Origin: Myxococcota bacterium
GTDB lineage: Bacteria > Myxococcota_A > Polyangia > Polyangiales > Sandaracinaceae
NCBI GenBank assembly: GCA_036149055.1
Contig: JAYZQJ010000125.1
Span: 25,455-89,454 of the forward strand
Length of the DNA: 64,000 nucleotides
Direction of reading: 5' to 3'
Shown here: in pieces, positions 44,542-56,759 of the stretch
Layout: each line of letters opens with the position of its first letter
Numbering within the stretch: position 1 is the first letter of the stretch
Program-made: the position numbers and the translations under genes
The notes under the pieces: generated by a model
What the model was told of the DNA's origin: nothing
Databases searched by the model: none
What the model saw: the letters and a program-made list of their open reading frames with translations, nothing else

Positions 44542-45452
44542 AGCGGCAGCTCCACGATCACCGGGAGGTGGTCGGAGAGGGTGTCGCGGTAGTCGTCGTC
44601 GGTGCGCTCGAGGTGCCGCACGATCGTGGTGGGCGGACCGAAGCTCGCCAGCGCGTCCGCGGTCATGGCCACGTGATCGAGGAAGACGGGGAAGGGCAGG
44701 AAGGTGACCTCCCCGGAGCGCTCGAGCTCGCGGGTGAGGAAGCGGTAGACGTCCGGGGCGTCGAGCATCGGGCCGAAGACGTTCTCGTCCGGGGGATCGC
44801 CCAGCTCGTCGTTCCAGTCGCCCGCGATGACGATGTCGTGCTCGAGCGCCGGGTCGCTCAGCTGGCCGCGGACCAGGTTGTCGAGGCGGCGGATCGCGGC
44901 CTCGCGGCGCATCCGGCTCTCCTCGTCGATCTCCGCCTTGAGGTGGAGCACGAGGATCCGGAAGTCGACCGGCGACGCGTCGACGGGACGCCGCACCGTC
45001 AGCTGGGCCGAGAGCACCGAGCGCGGGAAGACGTAGCCCTCGCTGCCGAAGAGCACGTCGGTCCGCTCGACCTCGAAGCGCGCCTCCCGCACCAGCAGGC
45101 CGACCTGCAGCCACCGATCGTCGTCGGTCGCGATCGCGCGCCAGCCGGGCAGCCGCGCCTCGAGGGCGGCGAACGCGGCCGGGTCGGTGATCTCCTGCAC
45201 GGCCACCAGATCGAGCCGCTCGGCCTCCACGACCCGCGCCACCTCGGCCTGGGTCTGGGGCGCGCGGGGGAAGGTCTCGAGGTTCCAGGTGGCCAGGCGG
45301 ATCGGCCCGGTCGGGGGCGGCGGCCCCGCGTCCACCGGCTCGAGACCCGCGTCGCCCGGGCCGGCGTCGAGGGCGGCCGCGTCGGGCGGGGAGGGGGCTC
45401 CGTCGCAGGCGACGAGCAGGAGCGCGAGGGGGAAGGAGAGGAGCCGCCTCAT
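44535..45452 (-). CDS. Endonuclease/exonuclease/phosphatase-family lipoprotein
   Basis: LVAC lipobox; TWNL, VQEI, HLKA, GDWN, LDH, SDHLPV. Confidence 0.92.
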   Translation of the reverse strand: MRRLLSFPLALLLVACDGAPSPPDAAALDAGPGDAGLEPVDAGPPPPTGPIRLATWNLETFPRAPQTQAEVARVVEAERLDLVAVQEITDPAAFAALEARLPGWRAIATDDDRWLQVGLLVREARFEVERTDVLFGSEGYVFPRSVLSAQLTVRRPVDASPVDFRILVLHLKAEIDEESRMRREAAIRRLDNLVRGQLSDPALEHDIVIAGDWNDELGDPPDENVFGPMLDAPDVYRFLTRELERSGEVTFLPFPVFLDHVAMTADALASFGPPTTIVRHLERTDDDYRDTLSDHLPVIVELPLQ

Positions 45453-47134
45453 CCGGCGATCCGCGCGGCGTCCTTGGCGCGGACCACGAGGGCGATCGCC
45501 ACCACCGCCGCGAGCGCGCCCGCGACGACCGATCCGATCGCCCCGAGCCCGGGGATCACCCCGGTGGCGGCGAGCGCGAGGCCCACCGCGGGGATGAGCG
45601 CCGTCCAGCGCGCGGTGGCCGCCGGCAGGCGCGACGAGAGGGTGCGAGCCACGGCCAGGCCCCAGGCCGCGAGCCCGAGCGCCGCGAGGAGCAGCAGCGC
45701 GGCGAGCGCCACCCGAGAGGTGATGGAGCCGCCACCCGCGGTCATCGACGCGGCGAGGAGGTTGCCGCCCTCCGGCAGCATCCGCCCGTGCAGGGTGATC
45801 GCGCGCAGCTCCTCGAGGGGCCGCCGCTCCAGCGCGCCGAGGTGGCCGGGCTTCTGGAGATCGTCGGCGCGCCCGTTCGACACGTGGAGCGCGAAGTCCG
45901 CCGACTCGTCGCCCTCGAGGTAGCGGGGCGTGCGGATCAGGCCGCGGTCGGTGCTCACGTCGTACTCGACGACGCCGGTCTCGCCGTCGATGACCCGGAT
46001 GAAGCCGGTGTAGGTGCGGTCGAGCTCGCCCCGCTGGCTGGCCGTCTCCGGGCCCATGCCGTTGCGGTAGAAGCGCACCTCGTCGAGGGTGCGGGAGGTC
46101 TCGACCGGGCGGCTGAACGCGCCGGTCGCCACGAGGCTGAGGCCGACCACCGTGACCACGACGCCATAGAAGAGCGGGCCGAGGAGGCCGACCGAGGCCT
46201 GCTTCTTGGTGGTCTCGGCCTGCGCTTCGGCGTGCAGCGCGCCGTCCACGCCGCCGAGGGCCGCGACCGGCGGGAGGATGTGCAGCATCGCCGCCACCGC
46301 GATCTCTCCCGCGACCGCGCCGCTCCAGGCGGACATGCGCGGCGCGCCGTCGAAGGCGTCGACCACCGCGCGGCTGAAGCTGCCGAACCCGCGGCCCGGG
46401 TCGCTGAGGAAGGCGATGAGGCCGGCGCCGAACATGGCGATCAGGGCCACCGCCGCGATCCAGCCGAGGATGGAGCCGCTCTGCCTGAGGGGCAGCACGG
46501 CGAACACGCCGCCGACGCCGGCCACCACCAGGCCGAGGGTCAGGGCGCTGCCCGGGAGGAGCTGCTCCGCGGCGTCGGTCACCGCCTCGCCGTGGGTGCC
46601 GCCGTAGAAGGCGAAGGCCGCCAGCGGCACGAGCACGAAGATCGCCCAGCCGATCGCGCGCAGGCCGCCGAGCTCGTCGTCCATGAGGCGCGCCGCGAGC
46701 GAGCCGGTCTTCTGGCCAGCCCGGCCGACCGGGGCGGTCCGAGCGAGCGCGGCCTCGCCCATGCGCAGCGGCATCAGCAGGAGGGTGAAGAGCCAGACCC
46801 AGGCGACGGCGCCGGGGCCGCCGAGCGAGACGGCGGTGGCCGCGCCGACCGCGCCGGCCGCGCCGTACGCCGCCGCCGCCGAGAGCGCGGCCGAGGTGGC
46901 GGGGTGCACGCTGCCCGAGGAGCCCTCGTCGTGCGTGCGGATGGCGCGGAAGGCCTCGCCCAGCCGCGTCACCTGGGGCGCCTTGAGGCGCACCATGTAG
47001 GCGATCGCGGCCACCGCGGTGAGCGGCGCGGCGATCCAGATCCAGAGCACTTCGAGGATCGGGAGGAGGTCGTCGGCGGGCATGAGGCCGGCAGTCATAG
47101 CGGACGCGAGCCACCCGGTCGAAGAGACGGGCAC
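45449..47134 (-). CDS. Alanine/glycine:cation symporter-family protein, divergent (start 47134, 47098 or 47083)
   Basis: Many TM helices; AVSLGGPGAVAWVW family motif. Confidence 0.7.
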   Translation of the reverse strand: MPVSSTGWLASAMTAGLMPADDLLPILEVLWIWIAAPLTAVAAIAYMVRLKAPQVTRLGEAFRAIRTHDEGSSGSVHPATSAALSAAAAYGAAGAVGAATAVSLGGPGAVAWVWLFTLLLMPLRMGEAALARTAPVGRAGQKTGSLAARLMDDELGGLRAIGWAIFVLVPLAAFAFYGGTHGEAVTDAAEQLLPGSALTLGLVVAGVGGVFAVLPLRQSGSILGWIAAVALIAMFGAGLIAFLSDPGRGFGSFSRAVVDAFDGAPRMSAWSGAVAGEIAVAAMLHILPPVAALGGVDGALHAEAQAETTKKQASVGLLGPLFYGVVVTVVGLSLVATGAFSRPVETSRTLDEVRFYRNGMGPETASQRGELDRTYTGFIRVIDGETGVVEYDVSTDRGLIRTPRYLEGDESADFALHVSNGRADDLQKPGHLGALERRPLEELRAITLHGRMLPEGGNLLAASMTAGGGSITSRVALAALLLLAALGLAAWGLAVARTLSSRLPAATARWTALIPAVGLALAATGVIPGLGAIGSVVAGALAAVVAIALVVRAKDAARIAG

Positions 47135-47135
47135 T

Positions 47136-48560
47136 TCAGCCGCCGTCGGGCGCGCTCGCGTCGGGCCCCGCGTCCATCGCCGCGCCCGCGTCCATCTCCT
47201 GACCCGCGTCGCGGACGAGCCTGCCCCGCGGGACCGTGACCCGGACGGTGCGGGTGAGCAGCGTCACGCCGTCGCCGACCACCCGCAGGGTCAGGTTGAA
47301 GTACTGGTCGTAGTCGGCCGGCGGGATCCGCTCGTTCCGCAGCACCGCGCGGAAGCGCAGCCGGGTGCCTGGCCGGACCCCGAGGAAGGTGTCGTCGATC
47401 CCGTCCATCGGGCGCGCGTCGGCGAGCGAGATCCCCTCCATCGGCTCGGCGCTCGCCGCCTCGATGTGACGGACGAAGCCGAGCGCGTCGTCGGTCTCGC
47501 CCCAGACCTCTTCGTATTGAACGGTGGCGAGCAGATCGGTGATCGCGTCGACCACCACCCCGGCGAGCCCGGAGCCGTCCGCGTTCACGTCGAACACCAG
47601 CGGGCAGCGGCCGGAGACCGGCGGGCGCGCGGTGCCGCCGACCCCCGTCCGGCAGACGCCGCCCTCCGGCTCGGCGTCGGCGCCGGTGCCGAACGCGAGG
47701 CGCTCGAGGTGGGGCCGCGCCGCCTCGCCGCTCGCGATCCCGAGGCCGCGGATGCCGAGCGCGTTCATCGCCTCGATCGCCTCGTCGAGCGAGTGGGCGT
47801 CGGGGAAGGCGGAGCCATAGTCGGCCGGTGAGTGGGCCGGCGCGTCGGTCACGTGCACCACCACCCGGAGCGCGTCACCCCGGAAGCCGACCCCGCCGAG
47901 CTCGCCTCCGCCGGGCGCCGGATCGTCGAAGGGCGGCACGATCGAGCCGAAGCCCTCGCCGGTGGCGATCTGGTAGAGCGCCTCCGCGCCGGACTCCGGG
48001 ACGTCGGCCCCGTTGCCGAGCGGCTGGTCGAGCGACGCCACCGCGTTGGCCACCCGCGCCTCCTCGTTGGTGATCGCGGTGAGCAGGCGGAACGGCAGGT
48101 CCGACGCGGCGCCGAACGGATCGCGGGGGAAGTCCTCGAAGCGGCCCACCCCGAAGGCCACGTCGTCGACCCGCGATCGCAGCTCGGGGAGCACGGTGGC
48201 GCGCAGCTCGGCCTGGAGGTTGTCGATCTCGCCGCCGAAGCTCCCCGTCGTGTCGATGTCGAAGAAGACGTCGAGCGTGCCGACCTCGCCTTCGACCTCC
48301 AGCGTCTCCTCCACGGGGTCGCCCAGATAGGGCAGCACCACCTCCAGATCGACGGGCGGCAGCCGGGGGCCGGCGTCGCTCCGACCGGGCGGCGCGATCT
48401 GCGCGTCGGGCGGCGGCGCGGCGGCGTCCACCCTGCGGACCCCGGCGTCGGGGCGCGGCGGGGGAGGGGGCGCGGGGCCGTCGCAGGCGGCCGAGAAAAT
48501 CAGGGTCGCGGCGAAGAACGACCAGCCCACTCCGGATGTGACTGGTAATTTCGACCGCAC
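47136..48560 (-). CDS. vWA (integrin-beta-like) lipoprotein
   Basis: SAAC lipobox; MIDAS-like DTTGS, D.PES..EALYQ, GFR, VTDA. Confidence 0.8.
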   Translation of the reverse strand: MRSKLPVTSGVGWSFFAATLIFSAACDGPAPPPPPRPDAGVRRVDAAAPPPDAQIAPPGRSDAGPRLPPVDLEVVLPYLGDPVEETLEVEGEVGTLDVFFDIDTTGSFGGEIDNLQAELRATVLPELRSRVDDVAFGVGRFEDFPRDPFGAASDLPFRLLTAITNEEARVANAVASLDQPLGNGADVPESGAEALYQIATGEGFGSIVPPFDDPAPGGGELGGVGFRGDALRVVVHVTDAPAHSPADYGSAFPDAHSLDEAIEAMNALGIRGLGIASGEAARPHLERLAFGTGADAEPEGGVCRTGVGGTARPPVSGRCPLVFDVNADGSGLAGVVVDAITDLLATVQYEEVWGETDDALGFVRHIEAASAEPMEGISLADARPMDGIDDTFLGVRPGTRLRFRAVLRNERIPPADYDQYFNLTLRVVGDGVTLLTRTVRVTVPRGRLVRDAGQEMDAGAAMDAGPDASAPDGG

Positions 48561-48644
48561 CGCTGCAAGGTGTCACCCGGAGAGCCCACCGTCCACGGCG
48601 GGCTCGACAAACCCAAGGATTCCCGAGCCTCCGAGTCGATACGA

Positions 48645-48672
48645 TTGACACTCGGGGGGTGAGGGGTACCAT
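48645..48672 (+). promoter_or_regulatory. sigma70-type promoter of the FHA gene
   Basis: TTGACA-N16-TACCAT. Confidence 0.65.
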
Positions 48673-48756
48673 CCTTGCTTGCCGCGAAGCAGTAGCCGTA
48701 GAACCTGATCCTCCTGAGCTTCGGCGCCGTTCGGAGCTCGCCAGAGCCGAGGTGGG

Positions 48757-50541
48757 ATGTTCAAGCTCGTCATATCGGACGATGAGGGGAAACAGACGGT
48801 AGTCCCCCTCGTTCGAGACGAAATCACGATTGGCCGCAAGGAAGGCAACACGATCCGACTGACCGAGCGGAACGTGTCGCGGCGGCACGCGCGTCTGCGT
48901 AAGGCGAACGGCAGCTTCATCCTCGAAGACCTGCACTCGTACAACGGCGTCAAGATCAACGGTCAGAAGATCGGGGCCGAGACGAAGCTCGAGCCCGGCG
49001 ATCAGATCGGCATCGGCGACTACCAGCTCGCCCTCCAGGTCGAGGCCGCCGACGCGACCGTGCCGGAGCAGATGTCGCCGGCGGTGGCCAACGCCGACAC
49101 GGCGATGATCGCCTCGCCCGGCCCGCCCGCCCGGCTGGTGATGATCACCCCGCCGGCGCCCGGGGCCGAGTTCGCGCTGACCGCGGAGCGGGTGCGCATC
49201 GGCCGCGCCGAGGACCTCGACATCTGGGTCAACCACCGCTCCATCTCCCGCGAGCACGCGGAGATCCAGAAGGAGCCGGACGGGGGCCTGCGGCTCATCG
49301 ACCTCGGCAGCGCCAACGGCGTGCGGGTCAACGGACAGGACGTCCAGAACGCGCTCCTCGGCGCCGGCGACGTGGTCGAGCTCGGCCAGGTCCGCTTCCG
49401 CTTCGTCGCCGCGGGCGAGCACTACGCCTTCGACGCCGACCGCACCGTCCAGATGGACGCGGTGTCGGTCGAGCCGGCCAGCGGCGGCAACAAGATCCCC
49501 CTGCTGGTCGCGGTCGCGATCGTGATCCTCGCCGTGATCGGCGCGGTGGTGGTGGCCTTCTGGGGCGGCGACGACGACCCGACGGTGACCGACCTCGAGG
49601 GGGTCTCGCCCGAGGACACGCTCGCCGACACCCCGGTCGACCGCTACCAGGAGGCGCTCGACGCCTGCAACGCGGCCCTCGAGGCGAACGAGATCTCCCG
49701 GGCCCTCGACCAGGCGCGGATCGCGCTCGAGGAGCGACCCGGCGACGAGGCCGCCCGCGGCTGTCAGACCCGCGCCCAGTCGGTGCAGTCTCAGGAGGAG
49801 ACGTTCAACCGCGGCGTGCGGCACCTCGAGCAGGGCGAGCTCGCCGAGGCGTACTTCCAGTTCGACAGCCTGCCCGAGGACAGCGCGCTCCGGGGTCGCC
49901 CCCAGGTGCGCCAGGCGGTCCGCAGCTACGCGGGCGTGCAGCTCCGCGAGGGCCAGGAGGCGCTCGCCGAGAACCCGTCCGAGGCCCTCCGCCTCGCCGA
50001 GTTCGTGCTCAACATGCACGGCATCACCAACGATCAGCGCAGCCTCGCGACCCAGCTCCAGCGGGACGCGCGAGATCGCGGCGGTGACGCCCAGGCGACC
50101 GACCCGCCCGAGGTGGCGACGGCGCCTCCGACCCGTGGCGGCACGCGCGGCGGTCGCGGGCGCGGCGGTCGCGGCGGCACCTCGCGGGGCGGCGGCGGCA
50201 CCCAGCGCGGCGGCGGGGGCTCGACCGAGTCCGGCGGCGGTGGCGCGACGGCCAGCGCCGGCGGCGGCCAGGACTCCACCCCGACCCGGGGCGGCGGCGG
50301 GGCTGGCGGCGCGAGCGTCGAGGACCAGGCGCGTCAGTGCACGATGAGCGGCGACAACGGCTGCGTCATCCGGCTCCTCGAGGGCCGCGCCCGCACCCCG
50401 AACTCGATGGCGATGCTCATCGAGGCCTACCGGGCCCGGGGCCAGACGAACGCGGCGCTCAACCACATGCGCACGTTCGTCCAGCGCTTCCCGAGCCACT
50501 CTCGCGCGGCCGCCTACCGGCAGATCCTCGCGCGGCACTGA
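48757..50541 (+). CDS. Tandem-FHA membrane protein with TPR-like and Gly/Arg-rich regions
   Basis: IGRK..VSRRHA..SYNG and IGRA..ISREHA..SANG; one TM helix; GAGGTG RBS. Confidence 0.9.
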   Translation: MFKLVISDDEGKQTVVPLVRDEITIGRKEGNTIRLTERNVSRRHARLRKANGSFILEDLHSYNGVKINGQKIGAETKLEPGDQIGIGDYQLALQVEAADATVPEQMSPAVANADTAMIASPGPPARLVMITPPAPGAEFALTAERVRIGRAEDLDIWVNHRSISREHAEIQKEPDGGLRLIDLGSANGVRVNGQDVQNALLGAGDVVELGQVRFRFVAAGEHYAFDADRTVQMDAVSVEPASGGNKIPLLVAVAIVILAVIGAVVVAFWGGDDDPTVTDLEGVSPEDTLADTPVDRYQEALDACNAALEANEISRALDQARIALEERPGDEAARGCQTRAQSVQSQEETFNRGVRHLEQGELAEAYFQFDSLPEDSALRGRPQVRQAVRSYAGVQLREGQEALAENPSEALRLAEFVLNMHGITNDQRSLATQLQRDARDRGGDAQATDPPEVATAPPTRGGTRGGRGRGGRGGTSRGGGGTQRGGGGSTESGGGGATASAGGGQDSTPTRGGGGAGGASVEDQARQCTMSGDNGCVIRLLEGRARTPNSMAMLIEAYRARGQTNAALNHMRTFVQRFPSHSRAAAYRQILARH

Positions 50542-50596
50542 TTCCTCGCGGGCAGGGGCACGGGGCGGGCGGCGCGTTCGTTTGCGCTCCATTCCG

Positions 50597-50624
50597 TTGA
50601 CAGGGCACCCCCCTGCGCGATAAT
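50597..50624 (+). promoter_or_regulatory. sigma70-type promoter of the OmpA gene
   Basis: TTGACA-N16-GATAAT. Confidence 0.65.
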
Positions 50625-50675
50625 CGGCGCCACGCGAGATCCGTGGTGATTTCGCCGCCTTTTTTGGGGAGAACG

Positions 50676-52742
<2,067 letters not shown>

Positions 52743-52765
52743 CCTGAACGAGCGCAACCGAGATC

Positions 52766-52798
52766 GCCCCTGGCTCCCCGGCGGATCCAGGGGCTTTC
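52766..52798 (+). terminator. Terminator after the OmpA gene
   Basis: GCCCCTGG...CCAGGGGC+TTTC. Confidence 0.6.
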
Positions 52799-52894
52799 TC
52801 GTATGCGGGCTTGGCTATTGATCCCCGCGTTTCCTTTTTGCCATCCTCCGGGGACGGGGATGCGCGGGGGGACGGCGCGACCCGACGATTCAAC

Positions 52895-53464
52895 ATGGCA
52901 AAGGACGAATTCGAAGCGGTTCTGCAGGAAGGGATCATGTCCCTCCCGCAGGACATGAAGGCCATCCTCCGCATCGTGGAGGATCCCGATCTGGCGGATG
53001 AGCATCGGACGCTCGCCGCGGGTGCGCTGTTGCACGTCTTGTCCGGGCAGAACGCCATCCCCGGGATGCGCGGCATCCTGGCGTACGTGGACGACGTGAT
53101 CGTCCTGCGCCTGGTGCTGGAGCGTCTCGAGGAGAAGGCACCGGAGGTGATGGCGCAGCACCGCGAGGACTCGCCGGAGCTGATGGAGCCGCTCGAGCGT
53201 CAGATGACGTCGATCCGCGCGTACCTGGGCGAGCTGCTCAAGGTGCTCGACGACGCGGTCGACGGCATGCCGAAGCTCAACCATCAGGGCCACACGGCGT
53301 CGCAGTGCGCGCGCGACGAGGAGTCGAGCACCTGGCTCTACGACGCCGTGCACGAGGCGCTGATCGACGAGCTCGACTTCGACGAGGACGAGGTCGCGCG
53401 CGAGCTCAAGAACGTCGAGACCATCAAGCGGCCGCTCGAGCTGCGCCTGGCCACGCCTTCATGA
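52895..53464 (+). CDS. DUF1232/YkvA-like protein
   Basis: AAGALLHVLS...IPG..GILAYVDDVIVL. Confidence 0.65.
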   Translation: MAKDEFEAVLQEGIMSLPQDMKAILRIVEDPDLADEHRTLAAGALLHVLSGQNAIPGMRGILAYVDDVIVLRLVLERLEEKAPEVMAQHREDSPELMEPLERQMTSIRAYLGELLKVLDDAVDGMPKLNHQGHTASQCARDEESSTWLYDAVHEALIDELDFDEDEVARELKNVETIKRPLELRLATPS

Positions 53465-53892
53465 GGGCGCTGCGGCTGCTGCCGGCGGTCGCGCTGCTCC
53501 TCACCGGCTGCGTGGACACCGAGCTCGGGCTCGACGCCGACATCGACGCGGCCCGGGTCTCGGTGGTGGGCACGACGATCGACGTCGAGCTCGACGTGAC
53601 CTACCGCGTCGGGCCCTACGCCGAGGGCGAGCGCACCTTCCAGCCGCAGGGCATCGAGCTCTACGCCGGCGACACCCTCGTCGCGACCCTCTCTCCCATG
53701 GCGCCGCCCGGCTTCCAGGCCCGGGTCGCCCCGGGGGAGTCGTTCACCGCCACCTTCCCGGCCACCGCCGACGTCGCGACCGCCGCCGACGCCTGCGCCG
53801 GAGACCTCCGGGTGCTCTTCCGCTGGCTCGACACCACGACCAACGAGATCGGCATGACCGATCGCGCGGTCCCGGACCCGACCTGCGAATAA
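53461..53892 (+). CDS. Lipoprotein of unknown function
   Basis: LLTGC lipobox; ATGA coupling. Confidence 0.75.
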   Translation: MRALRLLPAVALLLTGCVDTELGLDADIDAARVSVVGTTIDVELDVTYRVGPYAEGERTFQPQGIELYAGDTLVATLSPMAPPGFQARVAPGESFTATFPATADVATAADACAGDLRVLFRWLDTTTNEIGMTDRAVPDPTCE

Positions 53893-53971
53893 AGCGAGCC
53901 TCCGCACGCGTCGAGGTGCGCGGGCCCTGGGATGTTCTACCCTCGGCGTGGCCTTGGATTGATCCAGCGTC

Positions 53972-55555
53972 ATGACATCGAGCCAGCGCAGCGAGACGGG
54001 GGGCGTCCGCGAGGGAGAGGTGCGCGAGCTCTCTCCCGGCGACGTGCTGGTCGAGCGCTACCGGATCGAGGCCAAGATCGGCACCGGCGGGATCGGCGTG
54101 GTGTACCGCGCGGCCCAGCTCCCGCTCGAGCGGCCGGTCGCGATCAAGGTCCTGCACGACGATCTCCTGTCGCTGACCGAGCTGCGGGCCCGCTTCGAGC
54201 GCGAGGCGCGGGTGCTCAGCGCGCTGACCCACCCGAACGTCGTGTCGATCTCCGACTACGGCATCGACGGCCAGCGCCCGTTCCTGGTGATGGAGCTGCT
54301 CGAGGGGCGCCTGCTCGACGACCTGGTCCGGGGCGATCCCATCGACCCCGAGCGCGCGCTGGCGCTCTTCCGCCAGATGCTCGGCGGGCTCGCCTTCGCG
54401 CACGCCAAGGGCATCGCGCACCGCGACCTCAAGCCGGCCAACGTCTTCCTCACCCGGATGAGCGACGGCACCGAGCACGTGAAGCTCCTCGACTTCGGCC
54501 TCGCCCGCATGGTGCAGGACGAGGACGGCGACGACCCCGAGGTGGCCCTGACCAAGCGCGGGGTCGTCTTCGGCACGCCGGCCTACATGAGCCCGGAGCA
54601 GGCGGCGGGCTCGCCCGCGGACGAGCGCTCCGACGTCTACTCGGCCGGGGCGCTGCTCTTCGAGCTGCTCGCGGGTCGCCGGCCGTACCTCGGCGAGACG
54701 CGCGCGGAGCTGCTGCGCTGCCACCTCTCCGCGCCGGTGCCGCGCATCGCGAGCGCGCGCCCCGAGCTGCGGCTGCGCGACGACCTCGTCGATCTCATCG
54801 ACGTGGCCATGGCCAAGGATCCCGCGGACCGGTACGTGAACGGCAAGGACATGCTCGCCGCCTTCGACGCGATCGAGCAGCCCGCCGCGTGGCTCGTGCC
54901 CGAGCACGAGGTGAGCATCGCCGACACCCAGGTCGCGGGGGAGCCCGAGCGCGCGGTGCGGCGACACAAGTCGCGTGGGGTCCTCGGTTGGCTCGCGGCG
55001 GCGCTGCTGCTCGGCGCGGTCGGCGTCGGCACCTGGTGGGCGACGCGCGAGCCGCCGGTGGACGCGCTGTCCTCGGAGCCCGACGAACGGGCGCAGCCCA
55101 CCGAGGCCGCCGAGCCGGTGGCCGACCCGTGGGCGACGCCGCCGCCGGAGCCGCTGCGGCCCTTCCTCGCGATGGTCGAGGAGGGGCGGGCGTTCGAGGA
55201 CCGCGCCGAGATCCGACCCCTCTACGCGCTCGCCCAGGCGATGCCCGAGGACCCGCGCCCGCTGCTGCTCCTCGGCCACCTCTTCGTTTCGCGCGGCTGG
55301 TACACCGAGGGGATCCGTCGCTACGAGCGCGCGTTCCAGATCGACGCCGACGCCCGCGGGGACCGGCGCGTGCTCGCCAACCTGGTGGACCTCGCGGCGC
55401 GCGACAGCGTGGGCGACGCGGCCTCCGACGCGCTGATCACGATCTACGGCGCCGAGGCGCTCCCCGCGGTGGAGCAGGCGGTCTCGGACCTCGAAGGTCA
55501 GCACCTCTCGCAGCTCCGCATGGTGCAGCTGCGCGATCTGCTCGCCGCGTTGTAA
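53972..55555 (+). CDS. Membrane Ser/Thr protein kinase with a C-terminal TPR-like region
   Basis: GTGGIG, VAIK, HRDLKPAN, DFG, GTPAYMSPE, DVYS; TM helix. Confidence 0.95.
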   Translation: MTSSQRSETGGVREGEVRELSPGDVLVERYRIEAKIGTGGIGVVYRAAQLPLERPVAIKVLHDDLLSLTELRARFEREARVLSALTHPNVVSISDYGIDGQRPFLVMELLEGRLLDDLVRGDPIDPERALALFRQMLGGLAFAHAKGIAHRDLKPANVFLTRMSDGTEHVKLLDFGLARMVQDEDGDDPEVALTKRGVVFGTPAYMSPEQAAGSPADERSDVYSAGALLFELLAGRRPYLGETRAELLRCHLSAPVPRIASARPELRLRDDLVDLIDVAMAKDPADRYVNGKDMLAAFDAIEQPAAWLVPEHEVSIADTQVAGEPERAVRRHKSRGVLGWLAAALLLGAVGVGTWWATREPPVDALSSEPDERAQPTEAAEPVADPWATPPPEPLRPFLAMVEEGRAFEDRAEIRPLYALAQAMPEDPRPLLLLGHLFVSRGWYTEGIRRYERAFQIDADARGDRRVLANLVDLAARDSVGDAASDALITIYGAEALPAVEQAVSDLEGQHLSQLRMVQLRDLLAAL

Positions 55556-55586
55556 TCACGGGCGCGGCGGGGTACCCCCGTGCTCG

Positions 55587-56702
55587 ATGATCACCACGCG
55601 TTGCCCGGAGTGCGGCAAGCCGGCCGAGCTGTCGCTCGCGAGCCCCGACCACATGTCGTGCGCCGCGTGTGGGTACGCCGGCCCGCCTCCGGGGGACACG
55701 CCAGGGCGCCTGCGGGAAGCCGCGGGGGCGCTCGAGGGTCTCGACCGCGCCCAGCGTCAGCTCTCGGGGTTCTCGCGCCGGATCCTCGGCGCCGCGTCGA
55801 CGCGCACGATCGTGTTCCTGCTGACCGCGGCCGGCGTCAGCCTCCCGTTCGCGCTCTGCCTGGCGTCCGCGACGTCTGCGCAGCTCTCCCGCGCGGGCAC
55901 CGTGCACCTCGGCCACGCGGTCACCTGGCTGGTCTGCGCCTCGCCGCTGCTCTTCATGGCCGGGTTCGCGCTGGTGGGGAACGCGTGGATCGGTCGGAAG
56001 ATCGGCGCGCTGCGGCTGCGCCTCGCGGCCACGCCGCCGCCTCGGCCGGGCGAGCCCGCCGCCTGCCACGTCTGCGGCGGCCCGGTGACCTCGTCGGGCG
56101 CCGAGGCCTTCTCGCGCTGCGGGTACTGCGGCGCCGACAACCTCGTCCTCCCCGAGGTGCTCCATCGCCGGGTGGACGCGGCGGTGGCCGACGTCGCCGA
56201 CTTCGCGGCCTCGGTCCGCGGCCAGAGCGAGGGCGTGGCCGCGGTCGCGAAGCAGGCCCAGCGGCTCGTGCTCGTCGGCGCGGTGGTCGCGGCGGCCGCG
56301 GGCTGGGGCCTCGGCGGCTGCATCGGCTGCGGCCTCTCGATGCTGGTCCTCGACCGCGAGGTGACCGCGACCGACGCCGAGATGGAGTACGCCTGGATGG
56401 AGACCGACCAGGGCGAGTGTCTGGCCGAGGTGCGCCGGCGCGACGACGGGTCGATCGAGCTCGACGCGTCGAACCGCGGGCACCGGACCGTCTCCGCGGC
56501 GGAGGCGGCCGAGCTGCAGACCTCGCGCGCGCCCGACCTCGTCGGCCAGCGGCTCGTGTTCCGCCGCCCCGGCTTCTCCGACGCCGAAGGCACGGTGACC
56601 CGCGTCGTCGGCACGCTGGGCGGCGACGTCGACTGGGAGCTCCGGCGCGACGACGGCTCGCTCGTGCGGGTGCACTCGGCGCACACCCTCTGCCGGCCCT
56701 GA
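55587..56702 (+). CDS. Membrane protein with two zinc ribbons
   Basis: CPEC..CAAC and CHVC..CGYC pairs; TM helices. Confidence 0.7.
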   Translation: MITTRCPECGKPAELSLASPDHMSCAACGYAGPPPGDTPGRLREAAGALEGLDRAQRQLSGFSRRILGAASTRTIVFLLTAAGVSLPFALCLASATSAQLSRAGTVHLGHAVTWLVCASPLLFMAGFALVGNAWIGRKIGALRLRLAATPPPRPGEPAACHVCGGPVTSSGAEAFSRCGYCGADNLVLPEVLHRRVDAAVADVADFAASVRGQSEGVAAVAKQAQRLVLVGAVVAAAAGWGLGGCIGCGLSMLVLDREVTATDAEMEYAWMETDQGECLAEVRRRDDGSIELDASNRGHRTVSAAEAAELQTSRAPDLVGQRLVFRRPGFSDAEGTVTRVVGTLGGDVDWELRRDDGSLVRVHSAHTLCRP

Positions 56703-56759
56703 TCCTCCGTTTCGCCGCAAATTGGGAGGCTCGCGGGCGGGTCCCGTAGGGTCCGGGGG

